Positions 33,601 to 45,800 of a stretch of 64,000 bases of DNA are shown here, piece by piece; position 1 is the stretch's first letter; each line of letters begins with the position of its first letter. Source of the DNA: Caecitellus pseudoparvulus (Eukaryota > Protista > Bigyra: Bicosoecida); contig CBFFRQ010000038.1 in NCBI GenBank assembly GCA_965644315.1, positions 62,001 to 126,000 of the forward strand, in the 5' to 3' direction. A program made the position numbers and the translations under genes. The notes beneath the pieces were generated by a model. The model did no database searches, was not told the DNA's origin, and worked only from the letters and a program-made list of their open reading frames with translations.

Positions 33601-35097
33601 ATGGCAGCCGCTTCGGCACCCATGACCCTCATTTCCCCCCTGCCAGACATCTGGTACAACAGCATTCGAAACTCCGAGAAGCGCCTGGACTCGTCGCCTG
33701 TGGAGTTCGTCTTCCAGCTGTCTCCCGAGGCGCTGCGGTCTTTGGTCGCCGAGGTGCGGGCCAACGCCCAAGCCTCCACCACAGCTGACGCAGTGAAGGC
33801 CACCATCATGCGGGCGGTGTCTGTGGACGTCGTGTTCTACGACGGCTCCCCCGTCACTGTCTTCTGCCCCTCCTCCACGACACACGAGACGCTGGTGGCC
33901 AAGCCTGACATCACTTCCGCTGAGCTGGACACTGAGCGAGGCCACGTGACGCTCCGCGTCACACGCAAGCTGCCCCTCTCCTCCAACCACGGCAACCGCT
34001 ACTTCCGCCTGGGCTTCATCCTGTGCCTGGGCGACCTGCAGCATGTCGTCTTCACTCGGGCAGTGCAGGTGCTGGCCAAGCAGGGGCCTTCCGAGCGCAA
34101 GCAGCGGTACTGGGCCGTGGCTAAGGCGGAGCCAGAGCGCCCCGCCTACGTCCTGCAGCGCTTCAGCTCCATTCAGGGCCGCCTGTACGCAGACTTTGAC
34201 GGGTACAGCGCGCCGCTGCCGCTGTCCTCCATCGCCGCCAGCAGCCGCAAGCGCCCACGCAGTGGACCCACTGCCGCCCACACCCTCGGTGAGTCGCCCG
34301 CCCCCCCCGCCCTGGACACCGCCGCTTCCCTTGCCTGTGCCCTGGTCGCGACGCACAATGTGGCGAGGGGCATTGTGCTGCCCCAAGCCAAGCGCAAGTG
34401 TGTGGCGCAGGGCGAGGTGTGTGCTGGGCCTGGCTCGCCCCTTGCTTGTGACGCAGACACTGCCAGCGACGCGCGCTCCCTGCCCTCCCCTATGTCGGAG
34501 AGCCCAGCTGATGTAGATGCGTTCCTGTGCTGGGACGCGGGCCGTGTGACTCCCTGTTGTGCCGTGCGCTCCCCCCCCGCCCTGCCCCCACTGCCCCACC
34601 ACCACACCACAGGGCGAGGCGAGCTGCAAGTGCCCAAGCCCCTGCCACCCCAGGGCACACCCCCCGGCTCGGGCGGTGCGGCAGACGGCACTGTGAGTGG
34701 CTCACCCTCCCCACGCCTGCGCTGCCACCCCCGTCACGTGGCGACCCCCTCATCCCCCCTCCTCCAGGTGCCGGCGCCCCCTTCACTCCCAGCCCCCTCC
34801 AGCACGGGCTTGCCGCCCCTGCAGCAGGCTGACTCCCTGGCAGCGCCGCCAGACATCCACGCCCTTATGGGTGGCGCCATTGGCGGGTCACAGCCCCTGC
34901 CTGGGGATGGCGAGATGAGCCAGGGCTCCGGCATGTTCTTCGGCGGCGACGCAGGCCACGGCGCCTTTGGCAGCAGCGGCTTTGGCGGCGACGCAGAGGG
35001 CTTCCTGGCCCTCGCGCGCTCCATGTCTGCCAACTCTGCCAACTCTGCGCACGGCTTCCACATGCCGTTGGCGCCCAGCGGCATGGGCGGGTCGTGA
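33601..35097 (+). CDS. Putative transcription factor with CudA/STAT-like Ig-fold DNA-binding domain and Pro/Ser-rich tail
   Basis: Globular beta-rich N-terminus ending LSSNHGNRYFRLGF..VFTRAVQVLAK; basic NLS-like RKRPR and KRK; disordered C-terminus. CDS is solid, function tentative. Confidence 0.55.
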   Translation: MAAASAPMTLISPLPDIWYNSIRNSEKRLDSSPVEFVFQLSPEALRSLVAEVRANAQASTTADAVKATIMRAVSVDVVFYDGSPVTVFCPSSTTHETLVAKPDITSAELDTERGHVTLRVTRKLPLSSNHGNRYFRLGFILCLGDLQHVVFTRAVQVLAKQGPSERKQRYWAVAKAEPERPAYVLQRFSSIQGRLYADFDGYSAPLPLSSIAASSRKRPRSGPTAAHTLGESPAPPALDTAASLACALVATHNVARGIVLPQAKRKCVAQGEVCAGPGSPLACDADTASDARSLPSPMSESPADVDAFLCWDAGRVTPCCAVRSPPALPPLPHHHTTGRGELQVPKPLPPQGTPPGSGGAADGTVSGSPSPRLRCHPRHVATPSSPLLQVPAPPSLPAPSSTGLPPLQQADSLAAPPDIHALMGGAIGGSQPLPGDGEMSQGSGMFFGGDAGHGAFGSSGFGGDAEGFLALARSMSANSANSAHGFHMPLAPSGMGGS

Positions 35098-35142
35098 GCG
35101 CGCGACGAAGCAGGCGCCCTGTCGCCTGCCCGTGCGTGCCTC

Positions 35143-35222
35143 CCACAAAACCCCAAACCCAACACAACACACACAAACACACATAAACACAAGACAATGA
35201 CACCCCAAAAACCAACACAAAA
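35143..35222. repeat. CA-rich low-complexity tract between convergent genes
   Basis: cccacaaaaccccaaacccaacacaacacacacaaacacacataaac...; reads GT/T-rich on the minus strand downstream of the stomatin stop. Confidence 0.7.
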
Positions 35223-35382
35223 TTGCTGTGGCGGATCTTTCGGCGTGCAGAGCCCTGTGAGTGGGCAGAGCCAGGACTAGGCCCGGCACTCCCACACGAA
35301 TGCAATGTCAGCGCTACAAGCACACGCATCCACACACATCGACTGCCATGCATTGCGCCTCTGTGGCATACTGCCAGCCCGC

Positions 35383-36589
35383 TCAGAACGGCCTGGGCAC
35401 GAACTCCTGTGCCTGGGGCTTTGCGCTCGGCGCCGCCGCCTCCTCGGCCCCCTGCCCCTCCTCCTCCACCTCCTCCTCCTCCTCTCCTTCGCCCTCCTCG
35501 TACTCCTCCTCCGGTGCCGCAGCGCCTGCTCCCCGCCCAGTCGCAGTGCTGGCCTGCACCTGCCCGTACACCGCCATGGCCTGCGCCACCATGCCGCCAA
35601 TGTCGCCAGCGTTGGAAGGCAGCATGAGCGTGTTGCTCTTCTTGGCCAGCTTGCCGAACTCCATGATGTACTGCTCCGCCAGGCGCAGCGCCACGGCGTC
35701 CGAGCCGCCCTCCGCCCCAATCGCCTTGCGCAGCATGCCAATCCCCTCGGAGTTGGCGCGTGCCCGCAGCACGATGGCCTCCGCCTCGCCCTGCGCCTTG
35801 GTCACGACGGCGCGCCGGGCGCCCTCCGCAGCGTTGGCCACCGCCTCCCGCTCCCCTTCGCTGCGCAGGATCTCAGCGCGCTTCCGCCGCTCGGCCTCCG
35901 CTTGCAGGTCCATTGCAGCGCGCACGGCGGGGGCGGGGGCGATGTCCCGGATCTCGTACCGCAGGCACTGGATGCCCCACGAGGCGGCGGCGTTGTTGAT
36001 GCTCTGCACGATGTTCACGTTCAGCGTCTCCCGCTCCTCAAAGGTCTTGTCCAGGGAGATCTTGCCCAGCTCCGAGCGCATGGTGGTTTGCGCCAGCTGC
36101 ATGAGCGCGTAGCGCACGTTCTCCACGCCGTAGCTGGCCTTGTACGGGTCATCGATCTTCGCGTACAGCACGCCGTCGATGACGATGGACACGTTGTCCT
36201 TCGTGATGGCCTGCTGGCTGGACACGGAGATGGCCTCCTCCTTCAGGCTGTGCACGTACGCAATGCTGTCGGCCAGCGGCACCAGGAAGTGCAGGCCCGG
36301 CTCCAGCACGGCATGGAACTTGCCCAGTCGTTCCACAATGAAGGCTGTCTGCTGTGGCACGATGGCAAAGCCCTGGGAAGGCGCAGGCGGGTGACGAAGG
36401 CATGCAGGCGCAGCTGCGCAACGCGCGTGAAACGCAGACGGCATGTGCGTGCGTGGTGACGGGACGCACGAAGTTCGCTGGCGCTGGGCGCGGTGCCAAC
36501 GTTGACATTGCCGCGCACCACTGCGTCGGGATTGCTCGGTGGGCAGCCAGCGCCGCCCGGGCCGACGTCGCCGCTCGCTGCGCGAGCAT
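35383..36589 (-). CDS. STOML2: Stomatin-like protein 2 (SPFH/band 7), mitochondrial
   Basis: Arg/Ala/Ser presequence from ATG 36589; one intron with acceptor at 36373 (donor ambiguous). [60 protein letters not shown]. Confidence 0.92.
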
Positions 36590-36747
36590 GACTGGCGAGG
36601 AACGCTGGAGCAGACGGCGGCAAGCTGCGCAAGCTGGCGAGGGGCGGGGCAATGCACCACTCAGGCGTTGGTCAGATATCTGGTGTGCAGGTTGCATTGT
36701 GTCATGGGAGAGCTGTGGCGCAGCGGCGTCGCCACAGGGGCTCTCGC

Positions 36748-39700
36748 TCAGGCCTTCGTGCCAGAGGAGGGCCGGCCCTCTGCTGCAGCCTCGCCTCCGC
36801 TGCCCTCCTCACGCTCAGGTGCTGTGCCAGGTGCGTGGGCTGCCGTCACAGCCAGCAGCCACTTCCACAGGCCCTGGCGCCACGCAGTGTCCGTGTGCAC
36901 GCCGCGGAGGCGCAGCGTAATACGCGAGCCCGCCCCCCACGCCCCCTGCAGCAGCTGCCGCGGCACACTCGCCGTGGCGGCGGTCAGCACACTGGCCGTG
37001 CTGGGGAGGGGGCGGAGGGTCATGTGGGGGGCGCCGGCACCCCCCCCCTCCACCCCCTGCGAGGGGGGGTCCACCTGCACCGCGAAGGGGCTGTGGGCCA
37101 GCGCCATGGGCGGCAGGCGGTAGCAGGCACTGAAGGCCTGCCAGAAGGCACTGGGGGGGGGCTCTGCGCCCAGGCCGTGTGCAAAGGCGACGTCTTTCGG
37201 CCAACCCCAAGCCTTTCGCAAGGGGGCGCCGAGCAAGCCGCACCCCCCCCCTGACGCGCCCCCCTGCACCTCCACTTGAAAGTGCGCCGCAGTGGTGCCT
37301 GCCTTGCGCAGGGCGGCTTTGGAGGGGGGTGTGGAGGGGGGTGACGGCGAGCCTGACCCCCCCTCCCCACCCGGCACCGCCCGCACCAGCCACTCCACAC
37401 TGGGGATGAGCCCGACGCACAAGGGCGCAGCAATTGCCTGGCCCTCCAGCCACGTCGGCATGGCGCCTGCCGGGCCCAGGGGCACGTCCGGTCCCAGCGC
37501 CCGTGCGTCACTGCACGAGCGGTGCACTGAGAGGGGCCAGAAGTGGTCGTGGCCACCCCCCCCCGTGCCGCGCCAGCGACCCCCCCCCACGCCCGTGCTG
37601 CGTCACGTGGAAGCCGCCGCGTCGCCCGTCCCACGCGTAGGCTGGCAGAGTGCTCCAGGGCGTGCAGGCAGCGGGAACGGCCCAAGTGTCCCCCTCCGCC
37701 GCCCCCTCCGTCTCCACATCGGAGGAGAGGGGGGTGGCACCATCCCCGCCCCCCCCCTCTACGGCCGCGTCACTGCCCCCCTCGCGCCGCCCCACCTCCG
37801 TCTTGGCGCGTGTCATGCGGGGAGGGGCGCGGCCGGACGCTGCCTGGTGATGCGCCGCTGATGGCGCCGCCTTGCCCACATTTCGTGACGTCAGCGACAG
37901 CAGCAGCGGGTGGCCCACGCTCAGGCCCGCCGCCGCAGCCGGAGTCGGCGGTGGCGTGGACGCCGCCGCCGACGGCACCACGCGCTCCGTCCAGGACGCC
38001 ATGGCATCCACTGCCCCCCCGTCCCCGCCAGCCAAGGAAGCGTGGAAGCCCACCGCCGCCTGCGCCGCTGCCGCGGAGCCGCTGGCTACGTGGGCGGCGT
38101 GCTGGCCCTCCGCCGCCACCCAGTGCCGCAGGCGAGCCGAGACGCCCAGGGTGTGCCAGCCACACTTGCCTGCCAACTGCACGTCCGTGGCCGTGTGGTC
38201 CCCCACGTACAGCACTCGGAGGCGGGAGGGGGTGGGCAGGCCAGCCGCCTCGGCCAGGGTTGCCTGCAGTTGGGGCAGGTTGCCGCCTGAGAACAGCTGC
38301 TGCTTACTCAGGTCCAGGGGGTGCAGGAGGATGGGGGGAGGGGGTGGGCCGACGCTGCGGCCGCTGTCGCTGCGGGGTGGGGCCACCGCCTCCGCTGCCG
38401 CCCCCGCCGCCATGGGCAGCAGCGTCGGCGAGGGGCGGGGGTGTGGGCCCAGGCGGGGCGATGCGCGCAGTGCAGGGGACAGGAGGGGGGACCGATCCAC
38501 GCCGGGCCCGCCCCCCCTCTCACCGCTGATGGTGCGGCGGCGGCGGGGTCCGCCCGAACCCCCCCAACCCCCCCCCTCGTCGCTGTCCAGGTCTGAGGAC
38601 ATGCTGTCACCCCGACTCAGGCGGGTGATGGAGGCGACACGGTGGGCCCGGCTACCCGCCCCTGCGCTGAGATCCCGTGCGGAGCGGCTGAGGGTGGCGA
38701 CGGAGATGGTGCGGGCCCGCCCGCTGGGCCCGCCGCCGCCGCCGCCCCCCCCAGCGGCAGACGTGTCCAGGGCACGGAAGGAGCGCTGATGCGGCGCTGA
38801 TGGCGCCTGCCACGCCCGGACGCCTCCCAGCTCCATGCCCCGCTCAAAGAGGCGCTTCTTGGAGGCCGACACGATGACGAGGTCGAAGGCGCTGCGCCAG
38901 TCGGGCCCCAGGAGGGCGGTCAGCACTGCTGCTGCGTGTGTGTGGTCGGCGTTGGTGAGGAGGAAGGTGCGGAGGGTGGCGCCAGTGGCGGCGCCGTCTG
39001 GGCCCACCACCCGCGTGCCGCGCAGACCTTTCAACCACCCCAGCAGGGCCCGCCCCGCCGCGGACTTCACAGCCTGAGGCACCATGTGGTAGGCAGCAGG
39101 GTCCACGCCAGTGGCGCCCCCCCCTTCGCCCCCCCCACGCAGGCTGGGGATGAAGGACCGCCGCTTGGGCCGAGCAGAGGGGGCCGTCGCTGCCGCGGCA
39201 GGGGGGGGTGCGCCCAGCTGCAGGAACGGCAGCGGGTCAGCCAGGACTGCTGGCATGCCCCGCGACGCAAAGCGAGTGTAAGTGAACTGCACAGCACTGG
39301 CCGCAGCCCCTGCCAGGTGGGAGTAGTCGGGGGGGGGTGCCCAGCCTGCCTTGGCTGCGACGCTGTCGGCAGTTGCGACCAGCAGGCCGAACAGGGGGCC
39401 CATGGGCGCGTCGAAGCCCGTGTGCAGCACGAGGAATCGCGGCCCTCCCGTGGGGTTGGCCGGGTTGAAGGTGGAGGGGGGGGGCAGGGCGGAGGGGGGC
39501 AAGCGCGGAAGGGGACCCCCCCCTCCCTCGGCCCCCCCGTACGCTGCCTGCAACTCAGCGTGGCTGAGCCGGGTGGGGCCATGGTACCCCATCACCACCC
39601 TGCGCGTGGCGTCCACCCACAGGACATGGCCAGCGACGCGATCTAAGATCAGGCCTGTCTCGGCCAGGTGCAGCCACAGTGGCTCCGGCCCGGCGTTCAG

Positions 39701-41087
39701 AGCTCCAGGGGCGGCGCCACCCATTCCCTTGGCCACAAAAGAGGCTCTGCGGTGCCCTGTACCGCGGCCGGCGGCGTCGGAGGGCGCCGCTGATGCGTAG
39801 TACGCAGAATGCAGCGCGGCCACCACCGCCCACGGTCTGCCAGGCAAGGCTGCGTCAGGGGTGTGCGGGGGGGGCTGCACGGGCCCCCCTTCCCCATCCT
39901 CCTCGGCCGCCCCCTCAGCAGCAGCGCTGGCGGAGGGCGGCGTCCACCCCTCCAACATGGCGGCAGTGCCTGCCACCGGGAACTTGCTGCGCAAATGCTC
40001 CAGGGCGGCGTAGAAAATGTGCTGCGTCAACAACCCGTCGTTGTACGGCGCGAGGCTGTGGTCCAGGTCAAACCCCACCCAGTGGTAGCTGTCCAGGCCC
40101 ACAGCCACCTGGTGGGGGCGGAGGCGTGGGTCTGGGGGGAGGGGGGCGCCGGGCGGGATGCCGGCCCCGCCCCGCTCCCCCCACCACCACCACCCGCGGC
40201 GCCACCCACGGCAGCAGGCCTTGCCGACTCAGCACGGCGTTCTTGTGCAGGAGGAAGCGGAAGGTTTGCACGAACTCGGCGTGGCCGATCACTTGCTGGG
40301 CACTTGCTTCGTCCAAGCACGCCCTCACCCCCGCGCCACCCTCCCCTGCCGTGTACTGTACCGGCCCCAGCACCAGCCCAGCAGACGCCTCTGAGGGCAT
40401 GCCGGGGATGGAGGGGCACAAACGCGGCCCTGGTGGGCCCACCCCCGCCGGCACCAGAGCCCCCATGACCGTGGTGATGTTGGAGCACAGGCGCAGGCTG
40501 GACCGATTCCACGCCAGCAGCGCCAGACCAGCCCGGGCCAAGGCGGCGCCAGCCTGCCCACCCAAACATGCACGGGCTAGCTCTGTGCACAGGGCCACTG
40601 GGAGGGCGCCCACGAAGAGCGCCTGTGCCAGGGGCACCAGCACCGCTGAAACGCATGTGTTGGCCGAGCGCAGTGCCGCGGCGACCTCTGGCAGGTGCGC
40701 CGTGCCGCAGTCCTCCACGCTGACGCCCCACAGCGCCACATCGAAGGGTGCCAGGGGAAAGAACCAGTACCCGGCCAGGGCCAGGCGCAGCATGCGGCGC
40801 ACCATGCGCAGCAGGTCCCGCTGGGCCACCTGTGGCGCCAGCACTCCCACCAAGCTTCGCAGCACACGAGCGGCTGGAATGCCAGCGCCAGCGAGCTCAG
40901 CTTCGGCTGCAGACACCACAGACACGGCACTGGCCACCCACCGACGCATGGTGTCGGGCTTGTTGGCGTAACCGACGCCCAGGGACGCCGCCACAACTTC
41001 CACGATGTCTAGCAAGTCCTGGTCTGTGGCGGGGGGGCACAGCACCGGCACGCTGTTGGCCTTGGTCAAATTCCGCGCGCTCGCCAT
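36748..41087 (-). CDS. Degenerate TBC (RabGAP-fold) domain fused to HAD 5'-nucleotidase (NT5DC1-like), with a probable homopolymer frameshift near 37555-37590
   Basis: Proposed intron 40193-40109 joins the two ORFs in frame. HAD motifs GFDLDHSL, LLTNA, SASKK, YVGDH..DV. NT5DC1-like IPSVEWL lies in the overlapping frame 36748-37590. Confidence 0.68.
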
Positions 41088-41196
41088 GGCGCCAGGCAGC
41101 GCTGCTGAGCCGTGCCACCAGAGCGCACACGGGAACAGGCGCGTGCTTCGCGCAAGCGCTCCTCACTGCCTGCTCTGCATTCGCAATTTGCTCACC

Positions 41197-42148
41197 CTAC
41201 CGAGCCGACGCTCGCAGCAGCGTAGCCTCCGCCTGCGCCACGTGCAGAGCCTCCACCAAGGCGCCCTGCACCGTAACGACACCCCCGTGGTCCTGCCCCT
41301 GCCACGCCTCCACCACCGCCTTGGCCCACGCCACCTCCTCGTCGCTGGGTGAAAAGGCGGCGTTGCAGGCCTGCACCGTGCCGGGGTGGATGAGGCACTT
41401 GCCGTCAAAGCCCAGCTGCCGAGCCTGCAGCGCCTCCGCAGCGAAGCCAGCGGCGTTGGAGGTGTCATTGTACACGCCATCCACAACAGACAGCCCGAAG
41501 GCTCGAGCAGCCATGACGACGGTGCTCAGGGCTGTGAGCAGCGGAGCTCGCCCCTGCAACGCAGCACAGCCCAACTCCTTGGTGAGGTCGTTGGTGCCGA
41601 CACCCAGCGCAGTGACGCCGAAGGACTCTGCGCCCACCTCTGCGATGGCCGAGGCGTTCAGCACGCCCCGTGGCGTCTCGATCAGGCACCACATGGGCAG
41701 GCCGTCCACAGCGCCTGCCCTCGTCATGGCTTCGCGGAAACTGCGCACGTCCTCCACGCTGCTGGCCTTGGGCAGCATGATGCCCTGCACGGCTGGTAGA
41801 TCGGCAAGCGCAGCCAAGTCGCGAGGGCCCCACCTGGAGGGGGAAGTCGGCAAGGGCCAGTGCTGAGCGCTGCGGAATTCGATCGCAACACGCCACTCAC
41901 ATTGTGTCCAGTCCATTGACCCGCACGACGACCTCTGCGCCGCCCCAGTCGCCCTCTGTTTCAATAAGTGCTTGCTGCACCGCGCTGCGAGCACTGTCTT
42001 TGTCTTCCGGCCGCACTGCATCCTCCAAATCCAACAATAACACGTCAGCACCAAGTCCCGCTGCTGCCTTGGCCAGCATGCGCTCGCGCCCCGGCACGAA
42101 CAGCACAGACCGACGCAGCGCGCTGGTCGCAGCAGTAGCCATGGCCAT
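41197..42148 (-). CDS. CitE/HpcH-HpaI family CoA-ester lyase (citrate lyase beta / malyl-CoA lyase-like)
   Basis: Intron 41900-41834. RRSVLFVPG, LDLEDAV, VRVNG, IMLPK, LIETPRGVLNA, GTNDL, DGVYND, GFDGKCLIHP. Confidence 0.92.
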
Positions 42149-42836
42149 GTGTCTCAATACTGGGGGCCGTTGCGAGGACGGCGGGACAGGCGCTCTGCCA
42201 CAGCCCTCGGAAGGTGCGCCTTGCTGGCGAGGGTATGGAGGCGGCCACTGGCTTTTCCTGAGCAGGGCCCACCCGCAGCCGGCCAGGGTGCACACCAGCA
42301 GCTGCACAGAGTGGGGGGGCTACCGTGACGATCATGCGGAATTTTAATTGTGGGATCTGGATGCAGACCATTAGAAGAGGTATACACACGCCCCTCTCTC
42401 CAAGGCAGCTGTTAACCTCAGCGCCCCAGGTGACCAAACGCGGCGGCAACGGGATGGAACGCCGTTCTGCTGGGTGAGTTCCAGGCCCGCTAGGCCCCAG
42501 GGTCCGTGATGTGCCCATTTGGAGAGCCACGCAGCGTTCGTGCAGCGGCGAGCACTGCGACAATGGCCAAAACTGAGACTCTGCGCAAGCAGTGGCAGCC
42601 GCGCAGCCAGGCCGTGTGACCCACTTCGACGAGCCCTTAGAGGGCACTCTCACGACGGTGCCCCGCCAAGACCTTCACCAAGGTGCAGCAGAGGACCTGC
42701 GACACCAGCTCCGCGTCAGCCTCTGCCTGTCCACGCGCAGTCCACATAGTCACTGCCCCCGACCTACCTCCACCACGACAGGAGCAAAGTGCTCTTTTCA
42801 TCTCCCTTGTCGCCAGCTCAGCCCACGCTCTCCCTC

Positions 42837-45800
42837 ATGCCGTGGCGCCAGGCGGCAGGCTGGCAGCCAGCGTTGCGTATCTTCGTCGCTGCGACTGCTT
42901 GCCTCGTGGCCGCAGGCCAAGCGGCGGGGCCTCGCAACTCCAGCCAGCAGTGCAACGTGCAGGGCATTCAGCAGCTTCAATGCGACGAAGACAGTGATTT
43001 CGCGCCGTCTTGGTGCCGCTTCTCGAATCCGTGTGTGCCTTGCCGTCCCCGCCGCGAGCGGCTCACGCACACCCCACACGCTTTCACGCCGCCTTGCACA
43101 GCCTCATCCTGCCTCAAGTGCCCACCACCCTCAGCCCCACCACGCCTGGTAGCGAGGCGTACGTTCCCAGCTATGCCTGTGATGGGGACTCGTGGAACGC
43201 CTCCTGTGCCTTCAGCACCCAGTTCAGCGCTCTCGAGCTGCCCATCGGTGAGCACCCAAGTGTACCAACTGCCGGTGCTCCCCCTTCCACGTCCTCCCAC
43301 ACACCCCCCCCACTACAGAGCAGGGAAACAGCAGCATGAAGGTTCTCATGCAAGGGACCCTTCGCCCGCCCTCGGCCACTGGCGGGGAGCAGTCCGACTT
43401 CACCCTGTACGACGACCGCCTCGGTGTCCTGGCCACTGCGCCGTCGCCCTTCCCAGGCCGCATTGAACACCTGGTGACCAGCTCAGCAGGCGAAGAGAAC
43501 GGCACTGTCTGCTATGGAGGCAGCGTCCCTGCACCTGGCACAGGCGGGGGCTCAGCTGTACTTTTGCACGTCGTCACAGTCTCCGCAACAAGTGGAGACA
43601 CTGCTGGCTTTAGCGGCACTGACACGTTTTTCTGGCCAGGCATGGCTCTCGCCAGCTTGCACACCTTGCCCCCATGTTGCGGACAATCTCAGTCATCGCC
43701 AGGCTTCGCTGCACTTGTGCAGGACACTGCGTCCTCCGCTTGGGAAGTTCGCTTCCTCCGTCGTCAAGAGGTGCGCGCCAACGCCTCGACTGGAAACGCA
43801 ACCTCGCCTACCTACCACTGGGCTTTCACCTGGAGCTTAACTGCATCCCCGCAAACCCTTCTGACACGAGCACCTGTCATGAGCATCTCATCTCACTTGT
43901 TCAACTGCAGTTTAGCTCCTGGGCAAGGGCGTTTTGCTGGAGACGTGTACGCTGACAGCTGCACCGGCGCGGTGCCGCTGGTTGTCCTTTCGGATGGAGC
44001 CCACGTCAGCATCCAGGCAGTCACCAACTCCAGTGACGCACTTGCCGACATCGCCGCGCCAGGGGCGTCCTTGTTCTACAGTGCCTGCGCCGAGGGAACG
44101 TCGTGCGGACGGACCGTTCGGCACGTCCAGCTCTTCCGCCAGCGCGTCCCCTTCAACGTCACAGCCCAGGCCCTCCTGCCCAATGCTACTCGCACTCAGA
44201 TCCCGGCCCCCACCATGTGGATGGTTGTGGGTGGGTCTCAAACCGTGGGGGGAGCCTCGTCGCCCATGGCAGACCTCATCAAGCTGCCAGAGTTCGCGCC
44301 GCCCCTGACGGAACGCACGGCATACTCGCCCCCCAGCCGCTTGAACCCGTCGGGGGCGCCCCCCGCCGTGGTAGCATGCCTCCCCCATTCGACCTTCAAT
44401 TGGATGGTGCAGAACTGCTCGGCCAGGGGTGTGACAGACCTGACACAAGCTGCAGGCGGCGACCCTGCTCTGCGCGGCCACTCAGTAACCAGCGTGGCTG
44501 TTCGCTGGCGTGGACTGCTGGCAGAGCAAGCCACTCTGCTTGATAGCTCTGGGTGTGATTTGCTGGACACCGCGTGCTTGCAGGCGGCAGCAGGTGGCAC
44601 TGGGCAGTTGCCAGGCGGCCTGCCGGGTGGTCTGCAGCAGTCGCCCTCCAACAATGCCCGCAGGTTACAATCGACGCAGCCGGGGCTGCCGAGCAACGCC
44701 AGCGACGCCGGCGCGGTGCTAGACCATATCTACGGTTTGCGGCATGCCATCTTCCTGACCGTGGATGACAGCGCCTTGGCAGTCCTGCAGGCACAGCAGT
44801 TTGAGCCCGCCTGCACCCAATCATCAGCGCCGGGCTTGGTTGGGGAAGCTGGCCTGGTTGTCCGGCAGGCTGTGAATGTGCTGTTCATGGGCAAGGCCAT
44901 GAGTATGCACGTAACCCCAAATGGTCAGTACGCACTGGCTTCCGTCACGCGCAGGCGCTTCGAGTTGCGGGCGATGGAGCGACTCGCGCGCACATGTACA
45001 GCACTCTCCGCCAACCGCAGCGACCCCTTCCTGTCGCCTTGGACAGACACGTGTGGTCTTGGCAGCACCAAGCCGCCGCCTGAGCTCATTCCACGCTTCC
45101 CTTCCGTCGTGGACTTTGTGCAGATCGCCACAGCGTGCTTGCCTGGCTTGCACTGCCCGAGTTTTGAGCGGGAGGAAGTGGCCCAGCTGCCCAGTGGCAA
45201 GTTCACGCGCTACTCCTTTGACGTGCAGGACTGCGATGAAGGCCACTTCTGCATCAGTGGCAGTCGTGCCGCCTGTCCCATCGGCTTCACCTGTCCTGGC
45301 ACAGGCACCGTCAGGCCGCAGCGTTGCGACGAGTCTCCGACGGGTGATGCGACCTGCTTCGAACAGGGCCTCACGCAGCCTCAGCCTTGCACGAATGGCA
45401 CCATGTGCACTGTCACATACATGCCGCCTCTGCCTGTGCCGCCTGGCTACGTGCAAGCTGAAGCTGCCGACGGCCGCCGCGTGCTTGAGCCGTGCGAGCC
45501 TGGGCAGTGGTGCAGCTTGGGCAGGGCTGAAGGGGAGGGGCCAGACGCCCTCTCCTGCCCCGCATTCACCCACTGTGAGGACCCTGAAGTGCTGGTCCCC
45601 AGTGTCTGCACTTCGAACGGCACTTGCACCACCACATCCTGCGCGTCTGGTGCCGTTCCTTACTGCCCTGCCGGCTCAGTGCGCGAAGTGCGGTGCCCTG
45701 CCGGCGCCTACTGCAGCCGCCCAGACACGAAGCAGGAGTGCTCGGCGGGGAGCTGGTGCCCAGAAGGATCTGGTGTGTGGAAGGTGTGCCCTGCAGGCTG

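Noticed and set aside
36373-36460. Non-canonical GC-AG intron in the stomatin gene
   Set aside because: In-frame GT donors exist (e.g. 36439, giving 67 nt), so a GC donor is not required.
41197-42148. CitE-like lyase as bacterial contamination or recent HGT
   Set aside because: It has a typical spliceosomal intron and host-like codon usage, and the family is widespread in eukaryotes.
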